Source: Oscillospiraceae bacterium
GTDB taxonomy: Bacteria; Bacillota; Clostridia; Oscillospirales; CAG-272
Reading direction: 5' to 3'
Length of the DNA: 64,000 nt
Assembly (NCBI GenBank): GCA_015065215.1
Contig: SVQT01000004.1
Coordinates: 3,264 to 67,263, forward strand
The first letter of the stretch is position 1; every line of letters begins with the position of its first letter. The notes beneath the pieces were generated by a model. The model saw only the letters and a program-made list of their open reading frames with translations, did not search any database and was not told where the DNA came from. The position numbers were made by a program, and so were the translations under genes. Of this stretch, positions 29,327-39,363 are shown piece by piece.

Positions 29327-29395
29327 AAAATTGAACGGAATGTGTTATTATATATATAAATGTTTTATCATTTAATTTGATGAAAGAAAGGTACG

Positions 29396-29725
29396 GTGAG
29401 CAGATTGTCCAAAACTGCGATAGAACAGATCCGAGAGACCGAGGAACAAGCGGCGGTTCTGTGCCGTGTGGCGGAAGAAAAATCAGCCGAAATGCGAAAA
29501 CGGGTCAAGGCGGAAGGCGAAGCCCACTGCGCCGCCGTAAAAGAAGACACTGAGGCGGAATACGCTGAGGTTTTAGCGGAAATGCGCTACCGCGCCTCCG
29601 CGTTGGAACAAAAGAAGCGCCGTGAGGCATTGGAAGAAGCACAGGCCTTGAAAGCTGCGGCCCGAGAACGGATCGGAGAAGCCGTTAAGCTGATTGTTTG
29701 GGAGATCGTGGAAAGATGTCAGTGA
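29396..29725 (+). CDS. V-type ATPase small peripheral-stalk subunit (G/H-like, NtpF position)
   Basis: 109-aa all-helical E/A/K-rich protein, first gene of the ntp-order operon. GTG start. Confidence 0.6.
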   Translation: MSRLSKTAIEQIRETEEQAAVLCRVAEEKSAEMRKRVKAEGEAHCAAVKEDTEAEYAEVLAEMRYRASALEQKKRREALEEAQALKAAARERIGEAVKLIVWEIVERCQ

Positions 29726-31734
29726 GCAAGATGCAAAAGCTGACCGTCATTGCCACGATGACCGATGCCGACGCCATCATACAGCGACTGATGAAATTGC
29801 GTGCCGTATCGATTGAAAAGGCAAGCGATGGGGAAAGCAAAACAGTTCTTGACAGTTTTGCCCCACACACCGACGTAGGCGGCGCCGCCGCCCGTGTGGC
29901 CCGTGTAGAAGCCGTGCTGCCTGTGCTTGCCAAGCATAGCAGACGGAAAAAGAAGCTGTTTGCGGCGCAAGCACCCATCTCGCCTGAGGCATACCGTACA
30001 GACGGTCGCTTTGACACAGCCTGGAAGGTTGTGGAGGAAACACATAAAATTTTAAACGGGCAGGCCGAGTGCAGAGCTCAAAAGGAAGCGGTCATCGGTA
30101 AAATGAACGCCTATCGCCCCTATCTCTCACTGGAGTTCGCGCCGGATTTTGCCGGAACCGAAACCAGCGGTTATTTGGTAGGCAGTCTTCCCGGCAGCAC
30201 CCGTTTTGAAAAATTGACCGAGCAGCTCTCGGATATAGCCGCCCTGCCCACCCTGCTTTCTGCCGACGGTACCGGTCTTTATCTGACCTTGGTTTACCAT
30301 CGGGCAGAAGAGGAAAAGCTGCTGCGTACCCTTTCCGCCCTCGGCTTTATGCGCGCGCCGCTCCCCCCCGAGAAGCGCACCGTTGCCGCGCTTTATAAAG
30401 AAGCGGAGGCCGAGCTGGAGGAATTGGAAGCAGTCCTTTCCAAATTAGAAGCCCGCCTCTCGATACTGGCGGACAAGCTGGGGGAAATCGAGATTCTTTG
30501 GGATGTGGAGCGTACCGCTCTTTTGGCAGAGGAAAACAAGCGGGAGCTTGCCGCCACCAAGCAATGTGTGGTCCTACGGGGCTGGTGCCCCCAGCGCGAA
30601 AGAGAGCGCATTACCGCCCTGCTCTCTGTCTTTGCGGTAGCATACGAATTTGCCGAGCCTGACGAGGGTGATGACGTGCCCATTCTTTTGAAAAATAACG
30701 GCTTCGCAAAGAACTTTGAGTGGGTACTGGGCATGTACGCTTACCCCAAGTATGGCAGCTTTGATCCCACACTCATCATGAGTGTCTTCTATTTCCTTAT
30801 TTTTGGATTGATGTTTGCCGATGCGGGATATGGTGTCCTGTTATCGTTGGTCTGCTTTGGCGTGGTTCACTGGTGCCACCCCAAGGAAAGCATGAAGCGG
30901 TTTCTTTCGATGTTCGGCTACTGCGGTATTTCCTGTGCCATTTTTGGTGTCTTATTCGGTGCCTATTTCGGTGATTTCCCCTTGGCGTTTATGCAAAACA
31001 TGCTGGGCCGACCGATCGAGGCCCTGCCAAGGCTTTCGATTTTGCCCGCCGAGGCCGCCAACGTGGCCATCCTCTTTGATCCCATTCAAAACCCCATGGT
31101 CTTTTTGATCATCGCGCTGGCGGTGGGTGCTCTTCACCTGATTGCCGGCATGGCGGTCAAGGCCTATATTCTTTGCCGTGAGGGCAAGATAGCCGACGCC
31201 CTGTTTGATATTGTTGCCTACTGGATTCTATTTGCCGGCATCGGCATGATCTTTGTGGCAAAAACAGCGGGCATCATTGTGCTCAGTGTTGGGGCAGGCA
31301 CCGTCCTGCTGACCGCCGGCAGACACAAAAAAGGCATTGCCGGCAAGATTCTCGGCGGTTTTCTCGGGCTGTACGATCTGATCAATTTTGCTTCAGACCT
31401 TCTATCCTACTCCCGTATTCTGGCGTTGGGTTTGGCGGCGGGCATCATCGCCCAGGTGGTCAATCTGCTGGCCACCTTAAACAGTGGCTTTATCGGCTTT
31501 TTGCTTATGATCGTCATCTTTGCCTTTGGTCATCTGCTCAACCTTGCCATTAACCTATTGGGCACCTTTGTACATACCTCTCGCTTACAGTACATTGAGT
31601 TTTTCAACAAATTTTACGAGTCGGGCGGTACACCGTTCCGACCGATGGCGCCCTCCGACCGCTATGTCAAGGATGTCTCTCACGAGATCGACACCTCCCC
31701 CGCCACCGTATCGGCGGATATGACACAGGATTAA
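29716..31734 (+). CDS. ntpI: V-type ATP synthase subunit I
   Basis: Cytoplasmic N-terminal half plus a multi-TM C-terminal half (LSYSRILALGLA motif). Start at ATG 29716 (MSVSKMQK). Confidence 0.9.
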   Translation: MSVSKMQKLTVIATMTDADAIIQRLMKLRAVSIEKASDGESKTVLDSFAPHTDVGGAAARVARVEAVLPVLAKHSRRKKKLFAAQAPISPEAYRTDGRFDTAWKVVEETHKILNGQAECRAQKEAVIGKMNAYRPYLSLEFAPDFAGTETSGYLVGSLPGSTRFEKLTEQLSDIAALPTLLSADGTGLYLTLVYHRAEEEKLLRTLSALGFMRAPLPPEKRTVAALYKEAEAELEELEAVLSKLEARLSILADKLGEIEILWDVERTALLAEENKRELAATKQCVVLRGWCPQRERERITALLSVFAVAYEFAEPDEGDDVPILLKNNGFAKNFEWVLGMYAYPKYGSFDPTLIMSVFYFLIFGLMFADAGYGVLLSLVCFGVVHWCHPKESMKRFLSMFGYCGISCAIFGVLFGAYFGDFPLAFMQNMLGRPIEALPRLSILPAEAANVAILFDPIQNPMVFLIIALAVGALHLIAGMAVKAYILCREGKIADALFDIVAYWILFAGIGMIFVAKTAGIIVLSVGAGTVLLTAGRHKKGIAGKILGGFLGLYDLINFASDLLSYSRILALGLAAGIIAQVVNLLATLNSGFIGFLLMIVIFAFGHLLNLAINLLGTFVHTSRLQYIEFFNKFYESGGTPFRPMAPSDRYVKDVSHEIDTSPATVSADMTQD

Positions 31735-31760
31735 TAAATTTTTTATAAAGGAGTAAAATT

Positions 31761-32252
31761 ATGTGGTTTTTTGATTATGTTCTCACCGGTCAAAATCTGG
31801 CATTGCTTGGCGCCGGATTGGCTGTCATTCTGGCAGGCATCGGCTCCGCCAAGGGCGTTGGCATGGTAGGCGAGGCCGCTTCCGGCCTGCTGACCGAGGA
31901 TCCCTCCAAGTTTGGTAAAACAATGCTGCTGCAAGCGTTACCCGGCTCCCAGGGCATCTACGGTCTGATTACTGCTTTGGTCATCACCATCAAGATCGGG
32001 TTACTCGGTAGCAGTCCCGCCGCCCTCACGGTGGCGCAAGGCGGGTATTTCCTGATGGCCGCGCTCCCCATTGCCATCGTTGGTTACTTTTCCGCCATCA
32101 AGCAGGCCAAGGTCTCGGTGGCTGGCATTCATCTGATTGCCAAGCGCCCCGATGAATCGGGTAAAGCCGTTTCCTCCGCCGCGCTGGTTGAGACCTATGC
32201 GGTCTTTGCCCTGCTAGTTTCGCTGCTGCTGGTGCTCTTTGTCAAGCTCTGA
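31761..32252 (+). CDS. ntpK: V-type ATP synthase subunit K (16-kDa double-hairpin proteolipid)
   Basis: GIGSAKGVGMVGEAA, LPGSQGIYGL and AALVETYAV match the NtpK pattern. Confidence 0.9.
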   Translation: MWFFDYVLTGQNLALLGAGLAVILAGIGSAKGVGMVGEAASGLLTEDPSKFGKTMLLQALPGSQGIYGLITALVITIKIGLLGSSPAALTVAQGGYFLMAALPIAIVGYFSAIKQAKVSVAGIHLIAKRPDESGKAVSSAALVETYAVFALLVSLLLVLFVKL

Positions 32253-32253
32253 T

Positions 32254-32916
32254 ATGACAGGACTGGAAAAAATCACAGAGCGCATCCTTGCCGACGCTAA
32301 AGAAAAAGCGCGTGGCATTTTGGAGGCTGCCCAAAACGATTGCCGGCAAATGGCCGCGGAATATGCCGAGCAGGCAGAGCGGATCCGCGAGGAAATCGCC
32401 GACCGCGCCATGGCGGAAAGCGAGGATATGATCGCCCGCTCCAAATCCGCCGCCGCTATGGCAAGACGAAATATTCTGTTGGCCGCCAAAGGCGAAATTT
32501 TGGACGAGACCTTTGCCGCCGCCAAAACACATATTTGTGACACCGACTACGGCAAATACCGTGAGCTGTTGGTGGCGCTCCTTTCCTGCGCTCTGATGGA
32601 GCAGGCCAAAAATGAGCAGGCAAGCCTTGCGCTTGGCGACGAAGTCGCCGCTTTTGATGCCTATGAGGTTTTTTTGAACGAACAGGATCTGCGCCGCTTT
32701 GGCAACCGCATCGTAGAGGACGCCCGCCGTGTAACTGAGCGCCGCATCGGCGCCGAACGCGCGGCAAAGCTGCGCCTTTCTGACACCCCCGCCGAGATTG
32801 ACGGAGGGTTGATCCTGCGTTATGGCGATACCGAGGCCAATTGCTCGCTGTCGGTTATGCTCGCCCAGATGCGGCGAGAGCTGGAGGGGCGGGTTTCTCA
32901 AATCCTGTTTGACTGA
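32254..32916 (+). CDS. ntpE: V-type ATP synthase subunit E
   Basis: Helical N-terminus (EKITERILADAKEKA) and operon position. ATG 32254 lies 1 nt after the ntpK stop. Confidence 0.8.
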   Translation: MTGLEKITERILADAKEKARGILEAAQNDCRQMAAEYAEQAERIREEIADRAMAESEDMIARSKSAAAMARRNILLAAKGEILDETFAAAKTHICDTDYGKYRELLVALLSCALMEQAKNEQASLALGDEVAAFDAYEVFLNEQDLRRFGNRIVEDARRVTERRIGAERAAKLRLSDTPAEIDGGLILRYGDTEANCSLSVMLAQMRRELEGRVSQILFD

Positions 32917-32951
32917 CGCCACCCGATTTTTCAAGAAAGGAGCCGGATCCC

Positions 32952-33917
32952 ATGCGCTACGATCCTGCGGATTATCTATATGCCTCGGCGCGTGTCCGCG
33001 CCTTGGAAGCCCGTCTCGCGGGGCGGGATAAGCTAAACCAGCTGCTGGAGATCTCCTCGGTGGATGAGATCCTGAACGCGCTGGCCGAAAACGGGTTTGA
33101 AAAAGAAGCGGGCGCCGACAAGGCGCCTGACAGAGCGTTGCAAAAAGCCTTTCTTGCTGTATCTGAAGCCATGCCCCACAAGGGCGCGATCCGCTTCTTG
33201 CAATACCCCTATGACTGCCACAATCTCAAAGCCGTCGAAAAAAGCCGCATCAAGCGCGTTGACCCTGCCGAAATGCTGATTGATCTTGGCAGTGTTCCAC
33301 TTAAAGTCCTGCAAACGGGTGAAGAAAATGAGCTTTCTGCGCTGTTGCCCCCACATATGGCAAAGGCCCTTCCCAGAGTAAGAGAAGCCTTTGCAAAAAC
33401 CGGGAACCCACAGGAAATCGACTTTATTCTTGACCGCGCACTGTATGAGGATATGGCCGAGGCGGCTACCGTTCCTTTTGCCCAGAAATGGTTGACAGCA
33501 AAAGCAGATCTGACCAATCTGTTGCTGTGTCTGCGTCTTGTGCGGATGAACAGCGGCGAACTGGGCAGAAGCACACTGCGTCACGCCTATTTAACGGTGG
33601 GCAGTCTGGATGAGACGTTTTTGCTCCAATGCTACGATAGCGGTGAGGGAGCCTTTGCCGCTCTGCTTTCCTCTACCCCCTACGAAACGGTATTTGCAAA
33701 AGAAGCCGCGCTTTATTTATTGGAAAAGAAAGCGGATGACTATTTGATCGAACTGGTTAAAGCCGGCGGATCGGTGGTTTTTGGCGCGGAAGTGCCGCTG
33801 GCATATCTGCTGGCAACCGAGGCACTTTGCAAGAATATCCGCATTCTGTTGGCGGGCAAAAAAGCAGGTCTTGCCGCCGACACCATCAAGGAAAGGATGA
33901 GGGTGTGCTATGTATAA
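32952..33917 (+). CDS. ntpC: V-type ATP synthase subunit C (d-type)
   Basis: 321 aa. YLYASARVRALE N-terminus typical of subunit C, plus operon position. Confidence 0.8.
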   Translation: MRYDPADYLYASARVRALEARLAGRDKLNQLLEISSVDEILNALAENGFEKEAGADKAPDRALQKAFLAVSEAMPHKGAIRFLQYPYDCHNLKAVEKSRIKRVDPAEMLIDLGSVPLKVLQTGEENELSALLPPHMAKALPRVREAFAKTGNPQEIDFILDRALYEDMAEAATVPFAQKWLTAKADLTNLLLCLRLVRMNSGELGRSTLRHAYLTVGSLDETFLLQCYDSGEGAFAALLSSTPYETVFAKEAALYLLEKKADDYLIELVKAGGSVVFGAEVPLAYLLATEALCKNIRILLAGKKAGLAADTIKERMRVCYV

Positions 33918-34224
33918 AATCGGTATGATCGGCGACCGTGAAAGCACTCTTTGCTTTCTTCCCCTCGGCTTTTCCGTGTTAGAGGCAGAAACCGCCGAGC
34001 AGGCCGCAAAAAGCTTGTGGCAGCTTGCCAAATCCGAAGAATACGCAGTGATCTTTATTACCGAGGATCTGGCTCTTCAGATCCCCGAGGAGATCGATCG
34101 CTATAAAGATATGCCCCTCCCTGCCGTGACGGTCATTCCCGGGCGAAAGGGCGGCCGGGGGTACGGCCTTGCCCAATTGCGCAAAGCCGTGGAGCGTGCC
34201 GTTGGCACAGATATTTTGAAGTAA
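33910..34224 (+). CDS. ntpG: V-type ATP synthase subunit F
   Basis: 104 aa. MYKIGMIGDRES...GF...YAVIFITEDL pattern. Overlaps the ntpC stop. Confidence 0.8.
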   Translation: MYKIGMIGDRESTLCFLPLGFSVLEAETAEQAAKSLWQLAKSEEYAVIFITEDLALQIPEEIDRYKDMPLPAVTVIPGRKGGRGYGLAQLRKAVERAVGTDILK

Positions 34225-34236
34225 GAGGTTGTCATT

Positions 34237-35997
34237 ATGACAGAAGGTAGAATTTTAAAGGTCTCCGGCCCCCTGGTCATTGCCGAGGGCATGCGAGAAG
34301 CCAATATGTTTGACGTGGTGCGTGTCGGTGAAAACCGCCTGATCGGCGAAATCATAGAAATGCACGGCGACCGTGCCTCGATCCAGGTCTATGAGGAAAC
34401 CGCGGGTCTTGGCAGAGGTGACAAAGTGATTTCCACCGGTGCCCCTCTATCGGTTGAGCTGGGCCCCGGTCTTGTACGTAACATTTATGACGGTATTCAG
34501 CGCCCGTTAGAGACCATGCGCGGTAAATACGGCGCCAATATCATCAAGGGCATTGACGAGCCCGCTTTGAATCGGGAACGCCGTTGGTCCTTTGAGCCCG
34601 CGGTTTCTTATGGAGAAACGCTGAACCCGGGAGACGTGTTTGGGTATGTACAGGAAACCAGCGCCATTCGCCACAAGCTTCTTGTCCCCCCCGGTTATGC
34701 GGGAACCGTCGCCGAAATCCATGCCGGCAGCTTTACCGTAAGCGAACCGGTAGTGCTGCTACGCACCGCCGATAACAAAATCCTGCCGCTTTCCATGATG
34801 CAAAAATGGCCGGTGCGCCGGGCGCGCCCGATTATGGAAAAACTCGCCCCGTCCGAGCCCTTAATTTCCGGTCAGCGCATTATTGATGCCCTCTTTCCAA
34901 TCGCCAAGGGCGGTACTGCCTGCGTGCCCGGCCCCTTCGGTTCCGGCAAAACGGTAGTCCAGCATCAGCTTGCCAAATGGAGCAATGTAGACCTGGTGGT
35001 TTACATTGGTTGCGGCGAACGCGGCAACGAAATGACAGATGTTTTGCGCGAATTCCCTGAGCTGATTGACCCCCGCACAGGGAAATCGCTGATGGAGCGC
35101 ACCATTTTGATTGCCAATACCTCGGATATGCCGGTTGCCGCCCGTGAGGCGTCGATCTATACCGGCATTACCATTGCTGAATATTACCGTGATATGGGTT
35201 ATGATGTAGCCGTTATCGCGGACTCCACCTCCCGTTGGGCAGAGGCACTGCGTGAAATGTCGGGGCGATTGGAGGAGATGCCCGGTGAGGAGGGCTATCC
35301 TGCCTATCTCACCTCCCGCCTTGCCCAGTTCTACGAGCGTGCCGGCAAGGTCGTCTGCCTTGGTAGCGACGCCCGCCGCGGCTCTCTGACCGCTGTAGGT
35401 GCCGTTTCCCCGCAGGGCGGCGATATTTCCGAGCCTGTCACCCAGGCGACCCTGCGCATTGTAAAGGTCTTCTGGGGTCTGGATGCCTCTCTCGCTTACG
35501 CCCGCCACTTCCCTGCCATCAACTGGTTGAATTCCTATTCCCTGTACCGTGACCGGCTTTCCGATTGGTTTGCCGAGAATATCTCCCCCCAATGGATGCC
35601 CAAAACCGACAAGCTTCTCTCGATTCTGCAAGCGGAAAGCGAGCTGCAAGAGATTGTAAAGCTGGTAGGTATGGATGCCCTTTCCGCCGACGATCGCATC
35701 ACGCTGGAGACCGCTCGCTCGATCCGGGAAGACTTTCTCCAACAGAATGCCTTTGACAGCGACGACGCCTTTACCGATGCCGAAAAAATGTATGCGCTGA
35801 TCGGTCTGATTTTCACCTTTGACCAAAAAATGCGGGAAGCGATTGCCCGCGGCGCAGACATGGAAGCTCTGACCGCTCTGCCGGTCCGCGAAGCCATCGG
35901 ACGCGCGAAATCAATACCGTTTGGTGAGTTTGCGGCGAAATGCGCTGAAATGGAAGCGCAAATTGACCGCGAGATCGCCGCTGTGCAAGCAAATTGA
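34237..35997 (+). CDS. ntpA: V-type ATP synthase catalytic subunit A
   Basis: Walker [10 protein letters not shown], followed by [12 protein letters not shown]. Confidence 0.95.
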   Translation: MTEGRILKVSGPLVIAEGMREANMFDVVRVGENRLIGEIIEMHGDRASIQVYEETAGLGRGDKVISTGAPLSVELGPGLVRNIYDGIQRPLETMRGKYGANIIKGIDEPALNRERRWSFEPAVSYGETLNPGDVFGYVQETSAIRHKLLVPPGYAGTVAEIHAGSFTVSEPVVLLRTADNKILPLSMMQKWPVRRARPIMEKLAPSEPLISGQRIIDALFPIAKGGTACVPGPFGSGKTVVQHQLAKWSNVDLVVYIGCGERGNEMTDVLREFPELIDPRTGKSLMERTILIANTSDMPVAAREASIYTGITIAEYYRDMGYDVAVIADSTSRWAEALREMSGRLEEMPGEEGYPAYLTSRLAQFYERAGKVVCLGSDARRGSLTAVGAVSPQGGDISEPVTQATLRIVKVFWGLDASLAYARHFPAINWLNSYSLYRDRLSDWFAENISPQWMPKTDKLLSILQAESELQEIVKLVGMDALSADDRITLETARSIREDFLQQNAFDSDDAFTDAEKMYALIGLIFTFDQKMREAIARGADMEALTALPVREAIGRAKSIPFGEFAAKCAEMEAQIDREIAAVQAN

Positions 35998-36012
35998 TAG
36001 CGAGGTAACCGT

Positions 36013-37392
36013 ATGATTCGTGAATATAGAACGATTGAAGAAGTTGCCGGTCCTTTGATGTTGGTAAAGCAGGTAGACGGCGTGAAATTCGACGAGCTGG
36101 GCGAAATTGAGCTGCCCAGCGGCGAAATTCGCCGGTGCCGTGTATTGGAGGTCAACGGCCGCAATGTTTTGGTACAGCTTTTTGATTCCGCCGCAGGTAT
36201 CTCGCTTGCTGAGAGTAAGGTCCGCTTTATGGGGCACGGTGTAGAGCTATCTGTTTCCGAGAGCATGCTGGGCCGTGTTTTGGACGGCATGGGCGAGCCG
36301 ATCGACGGTGGCGCCCCCATTCTGGCAACCAAAACCATGGATATTAACGGCACCCCCATCAATCCTGCCGCCCGCTACTATCCCTCTGAATTTATTCAAA
36401 CCGGTATTTCAACCATCGACGGTCTGAATACCTTGGTGCGCGGTCAGAAGTTGCCGATCTTCTCCGGCTCCGGCCTGCCGCATGCCAATCTGGCGGCGCA
36501 GATCGCGAGACAGGCCAAAGTCCGCGGCTCCGACTCCCGCTTCGCGGTAGTCTTTGCCGCCATTGGCATCACTTTTGAGGAAGCGGATTTCTTTATTTCC
36601 GATTTCCGCAAAACCGGCGCGCTGGACCGCACCGTTCTTTTTATCAATCTGGCCTCCGACCCCGCGATTGAACGTATCACTACCCCCCGTATGGCGTTGA
36701 CCGCCGCCGAATATCTGGCTTTTGAGTGCGACATGCACGTGTTGGTCATTATGACCGATATGACCAACTATGCCGAAGCGTTACGTGAAGTCTCCGCCGC
36801 CCGCAAGGAGGTCCCCGGCCGGCGCGGCTATCCCGGCTATCTTTATACCGACCTTGCTACCATCTACGAACGCGCCGGGCGCAAAATGGGCAGCGAGGGC
36901 TCGATCACCATGATCCCGATTCTTTCGATGCCGGAGGATGATAAAACCCATCCCATCCCCGACCTGACCGGTTATATCACCGAGGGGCAGATCATTCTTT
37001 CTCGTGAGCTTTACCGCAAACACATCTTGCCGCCTGTGGATGTGCTCCCCTCGCTTTCCCGTCTGAAAGACAAGGGCATTGGCAAAGGTAAGACACGCGA
37101 GGATCACGCAGGCACCATGAACCAGCTCTTTGCCGCCTATGCCCGCGGTAAGGATGCCAAGGAGCTCATGGTGGTACTGGGCGAGGCGGCTTTGACCCCC
37201 ACCGACCGCCTGTACGCCAAATTTGCCGACGCCTTTGAGGCGGAATATGTCAATCAAGGCTTTTATGAAAACCGTTCAATTGAACAGACGCTGGATCTTG
37301 GCTGGAAGCTGCTCTCGATTCTCCCCCGTAGCGAGCTAAAGCGTATTAACCCCGCCCTTGTGGAAAAATATTTCCCCAAGAGCGATACATGA
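36013..37392 (+). CDS. ntpB: V-type ATP synthase subunit B
   Basis: A/B-family fold with the non-catalytic site FSGSGLPHA and [13 protein letters not shown]. Confidence 0.95.
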   Translation: MIREYRTIEEVAGPLMLVKQVDGVKFDELGEIELPSGEIRRCRVLEVNGRNVLVQLFDSAAGISLAESKVRFMGHGVELSVSESMLGRVLDGMGEPIDGGAPILATKTMDINGTPINPAARYYPSEFIQTGISTIDGLNTLVRGQKLPIFSGSGLPHANLAAQIARQAKVRGSDSRFAVVFAAIGITFEEADFFISDFRKTGALDRTVLFINLASDPAIERITTPRMALTAAEYLAFECDMHVLVIMTDMTNYAEALREVSAARKEVPGRRGYPGYLYTDLATIYERAGRKMGSEGSITMIPILSMPEDDKTHPIPDLTGYITEGQIILSRELYRKHILPPVDVLPSLSRLKDKGIGKGKTREDHAGTMNQLFAAYARGKDAKELMVVLGEAALTPTDRLYAKFADAFEAEYVNQGFYENRSIEQTLDLGWKLLSILPRSELKRINPALVEKYFPKSDT

Positions 37393-37402
37393 GGACTGCT
37401 CT

Positions 37403-38080
37403 ATGGCTGAAATTCGAGTAAACCCCACCCGCATGGAGCTAAAAAAGCTACAGGCCCGCTATCAAACGGCACGCCGCGGCCACAAGCTTTTAAAAGACAA
37501 GCGGGATGAGCTGATGCGACGTTTTTTAGAGGTAGTCAAGCGCGACAAAGAGCTCCGTTTGCGTGTAGAAGCCGCCTTGCAAAAGGCTTACGCCCGATTT
37601 GATCTCGCCTCGGCGGTGACACACCCCAAAATGCTGGAGGAAAGCTTGCTTTTACCCAAAAAGCAGAGTGAGCTGAGAGTAGATTATCGCAATCAAATGA
37701 GCGTGACTGTTCCGGACTTTAGCATACGCGAAAGTACTGTTGGCGGCAGCGATGCCTATAACTACGGGTTGGCCTTCACCTCGGGCGAATTGGATAGCGC
37801 GCTGTTTGAGCTGGGCAATATCCGACGTGATCTGCTCACACTCTCAGCTGTGGAAAAAGAGGCACAGCTGCTGGCCGAGGAAATCGAGCGTACCCGTCGC
37901 CGTGTCAACGCGTTGGAGCATATTATGATGCCCCGTTATCTTACCGCCATCCGGGCCATTAAAATGAAGCTGGATGAGAATGAACGAGGCAACATCACCC
38001 GTTTGATGAAGGTCAAAGATATGATGATTGCCGCGCAGTACAAAGATCATCAAGAGGAAGACCCTGCGGACGCTGTTTAA
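37403..38080 (+). CDS. ntpD: V-type ATP synthase subunit D
   Basis: NPTRMELKKLQARYQTARRGHKLLKDKRDEL N-terminus. ATG 37403. Confidence 0.9.
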   Translation: MAEIRVNPTRMELKKLQARYQTARRGHKLLKDKRDELMRRFLEVVKRDKELRLRVEAALQKAYARFDLASAVTHPKMLEESLLLPKKQSELRVDYRNQMSVTVPDFSIRESTVGGSDAYNYGLAFTSGELDSALFELGNIRRDLLTLSAVEKEAQLLAEEIERTRRRVNALEHIMMPRYLTAIRAIKMKLDENERGNITRLMKVKDMMIAAQYKDHQEEDPADAV

Positions 38081-38133
38081 AGTAAACTTTGCCCTTATTC
38101 CTTTTGCAAGCTTCTGGCGAGCATAAAACACAA

Positions 38134-38186
38134 ATCCCCTTGGTAGAGCCCTGCCGCAAAACAGGCTCCACAAGGGGATTTTTTTG
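38134..38186 (+). terminator. terminator of the ntp operon
   Basis: ATCCCCTTGG.AGAGCC / GGCTCCACAAGGGGAT imperfect stem followed by TTTTTTTG. Confidence 0.65.
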
Positions 38187-38375
38187 ATAGAGCGCACCGG
38201 GAATGATTGATAAAAAGTGCGGCAAAAGCACAGAGCCCCGGTTCAACGAAGAGGAGGACCTCTACTCGGCCAGATCGCTATTTCCAAATTAATATTTATA
38301 TTTTCCATATTTTTGTGTTTAAATTTTCAAAATCAACCCGATACAAATGGATTTTTCCATTTTTCGTTCGGGAAT

Positions 38376-38885
38376 CTATTTCCCTATGACGCACACCCGA
38401 TTGGTGGCTATTCCCAGCGTGGTGGAAAGCAGGTCAATCAGTCTTTTTTGAAGATGAGGGTCGTCCCCTCCTTTACAGACCACCCCCACGCCAATCACCG
38501 CGGGCGGTTGCAAGGTATGATAGACGGCCGCCTCGCTGCTGCCGCTCCCCACCACGGCGGGGTCCCCCTTGGCATCCTTTTCATAGACCAAGCGATAGCC
38601 GCTGCCAAGGGTAACCATAGCCTGTGCCGAGCTGACACCGTGAACCGCTTCACAGATGCCCTCGATCTCCTTTTCCAATGCCGCCTGATAGGCGGCAAGA
38701 TCGTTGGCGCTCTCCCATTCCCCCTCTTTCACCGCGGCCTCTCTTTGATTGTCAAAGGCTCCACTTCCAAAAAGCAGAAGCAGCACCCCCAAAAGCAGTC
38801 CACCCAGCAAAAGCCAAAGGCGTCCCTTTCCCTTTTTTTGTAAAAAAACAAGCGGCCCCTGCTTTTTGACCTCTTCGCTTCGCAT
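38376..38885 (-). CDS. spoIIIAG: stage III sporulation protein AG
   Basis: N-terminal TM (LWLLLGGLLLGVLLLLF) plus a C-terminal ring-forming domain (VIGVGVVCKGG). GGAGGTG SD. Last gene of the operon. Confidence 0.8.
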   Translation of the reverse strand: MRSEEVKKQGPLVFLQKKGKGRLWLLLGGLLLGVLLLLFGSGAFDNQREAAVKEGEWESANDLAAYQAALEKEIEGICEAVHGVSSAQAMVTLGSGYRLVYEKDAKGDPAVVGSGSSEAAVYHTLQPPAVIGVGVVCKGGDDPHLQKRLIDLLSTTLGIATNRVCVIGK

Positions 38886-38886
38886 A

Positions 38887-39363
38887 TCATCTCACCTCCA
38901 CCGTACAGTCAAACAAATCCATGAGCGCCGCCTCGATCTCTGCGGGGTCTCGCAAAAGTCCGGCTCCCACAAGCCGTACAGAAATCTGCTCCAGCTCTCC
39001 CGACGCGTCAAGAACGACTCCAAGTTCAAAGCTTGTTTGCGAAAGACCAAATTCATTTTGTAAATATACGGCAAGTCTTTCTTTTAATTGTATCGCGCTG
39101 CGATTGGCAATCGCTTGCTCGAACTGCGCTTTAAAATCGCTTTCCACATGTTCTGATTGCGTCCACTCCAACTCGCCCCGCAAAAAGTCGTCCCCCATAC
39201 CAAGCAGGGAAAGGAAGGGGCGAAGCAAAATCATCAGCACAAAAAGCGCGGTAAGAAAACGCAAAAAATAGCGTGTACCGCTGTTTTCCTCACCGGGCAT
39301 CATCACCTCGATGATCGCCGCCGCCAATGTCACGGCAACCAAAGCAAAGATACTGCCCCTCAT
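38887..39363 (-). CDS. spoIIIAF: stage III sporulation protein AF
   Basis: Two N-terminal TM helices and operon position. ATG 39363 overlaps the spoIIIAE stop (ATGA). Confidence 0.75.
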   Translation of the reverse strand: MRGSIFALVAVTLAAAIIEVMMPGEENSGTRYFLRFLTALFVLMILLRPFLSLLGMGDDFLRGELEWTQSEHVESDFKAQFEQAIANRSAIQLKERLAVYLQNEFGLSQTSFELGVVLDASGELEQISVRLVGAGLLRDPAEIEAALMDLFDCTVEVR

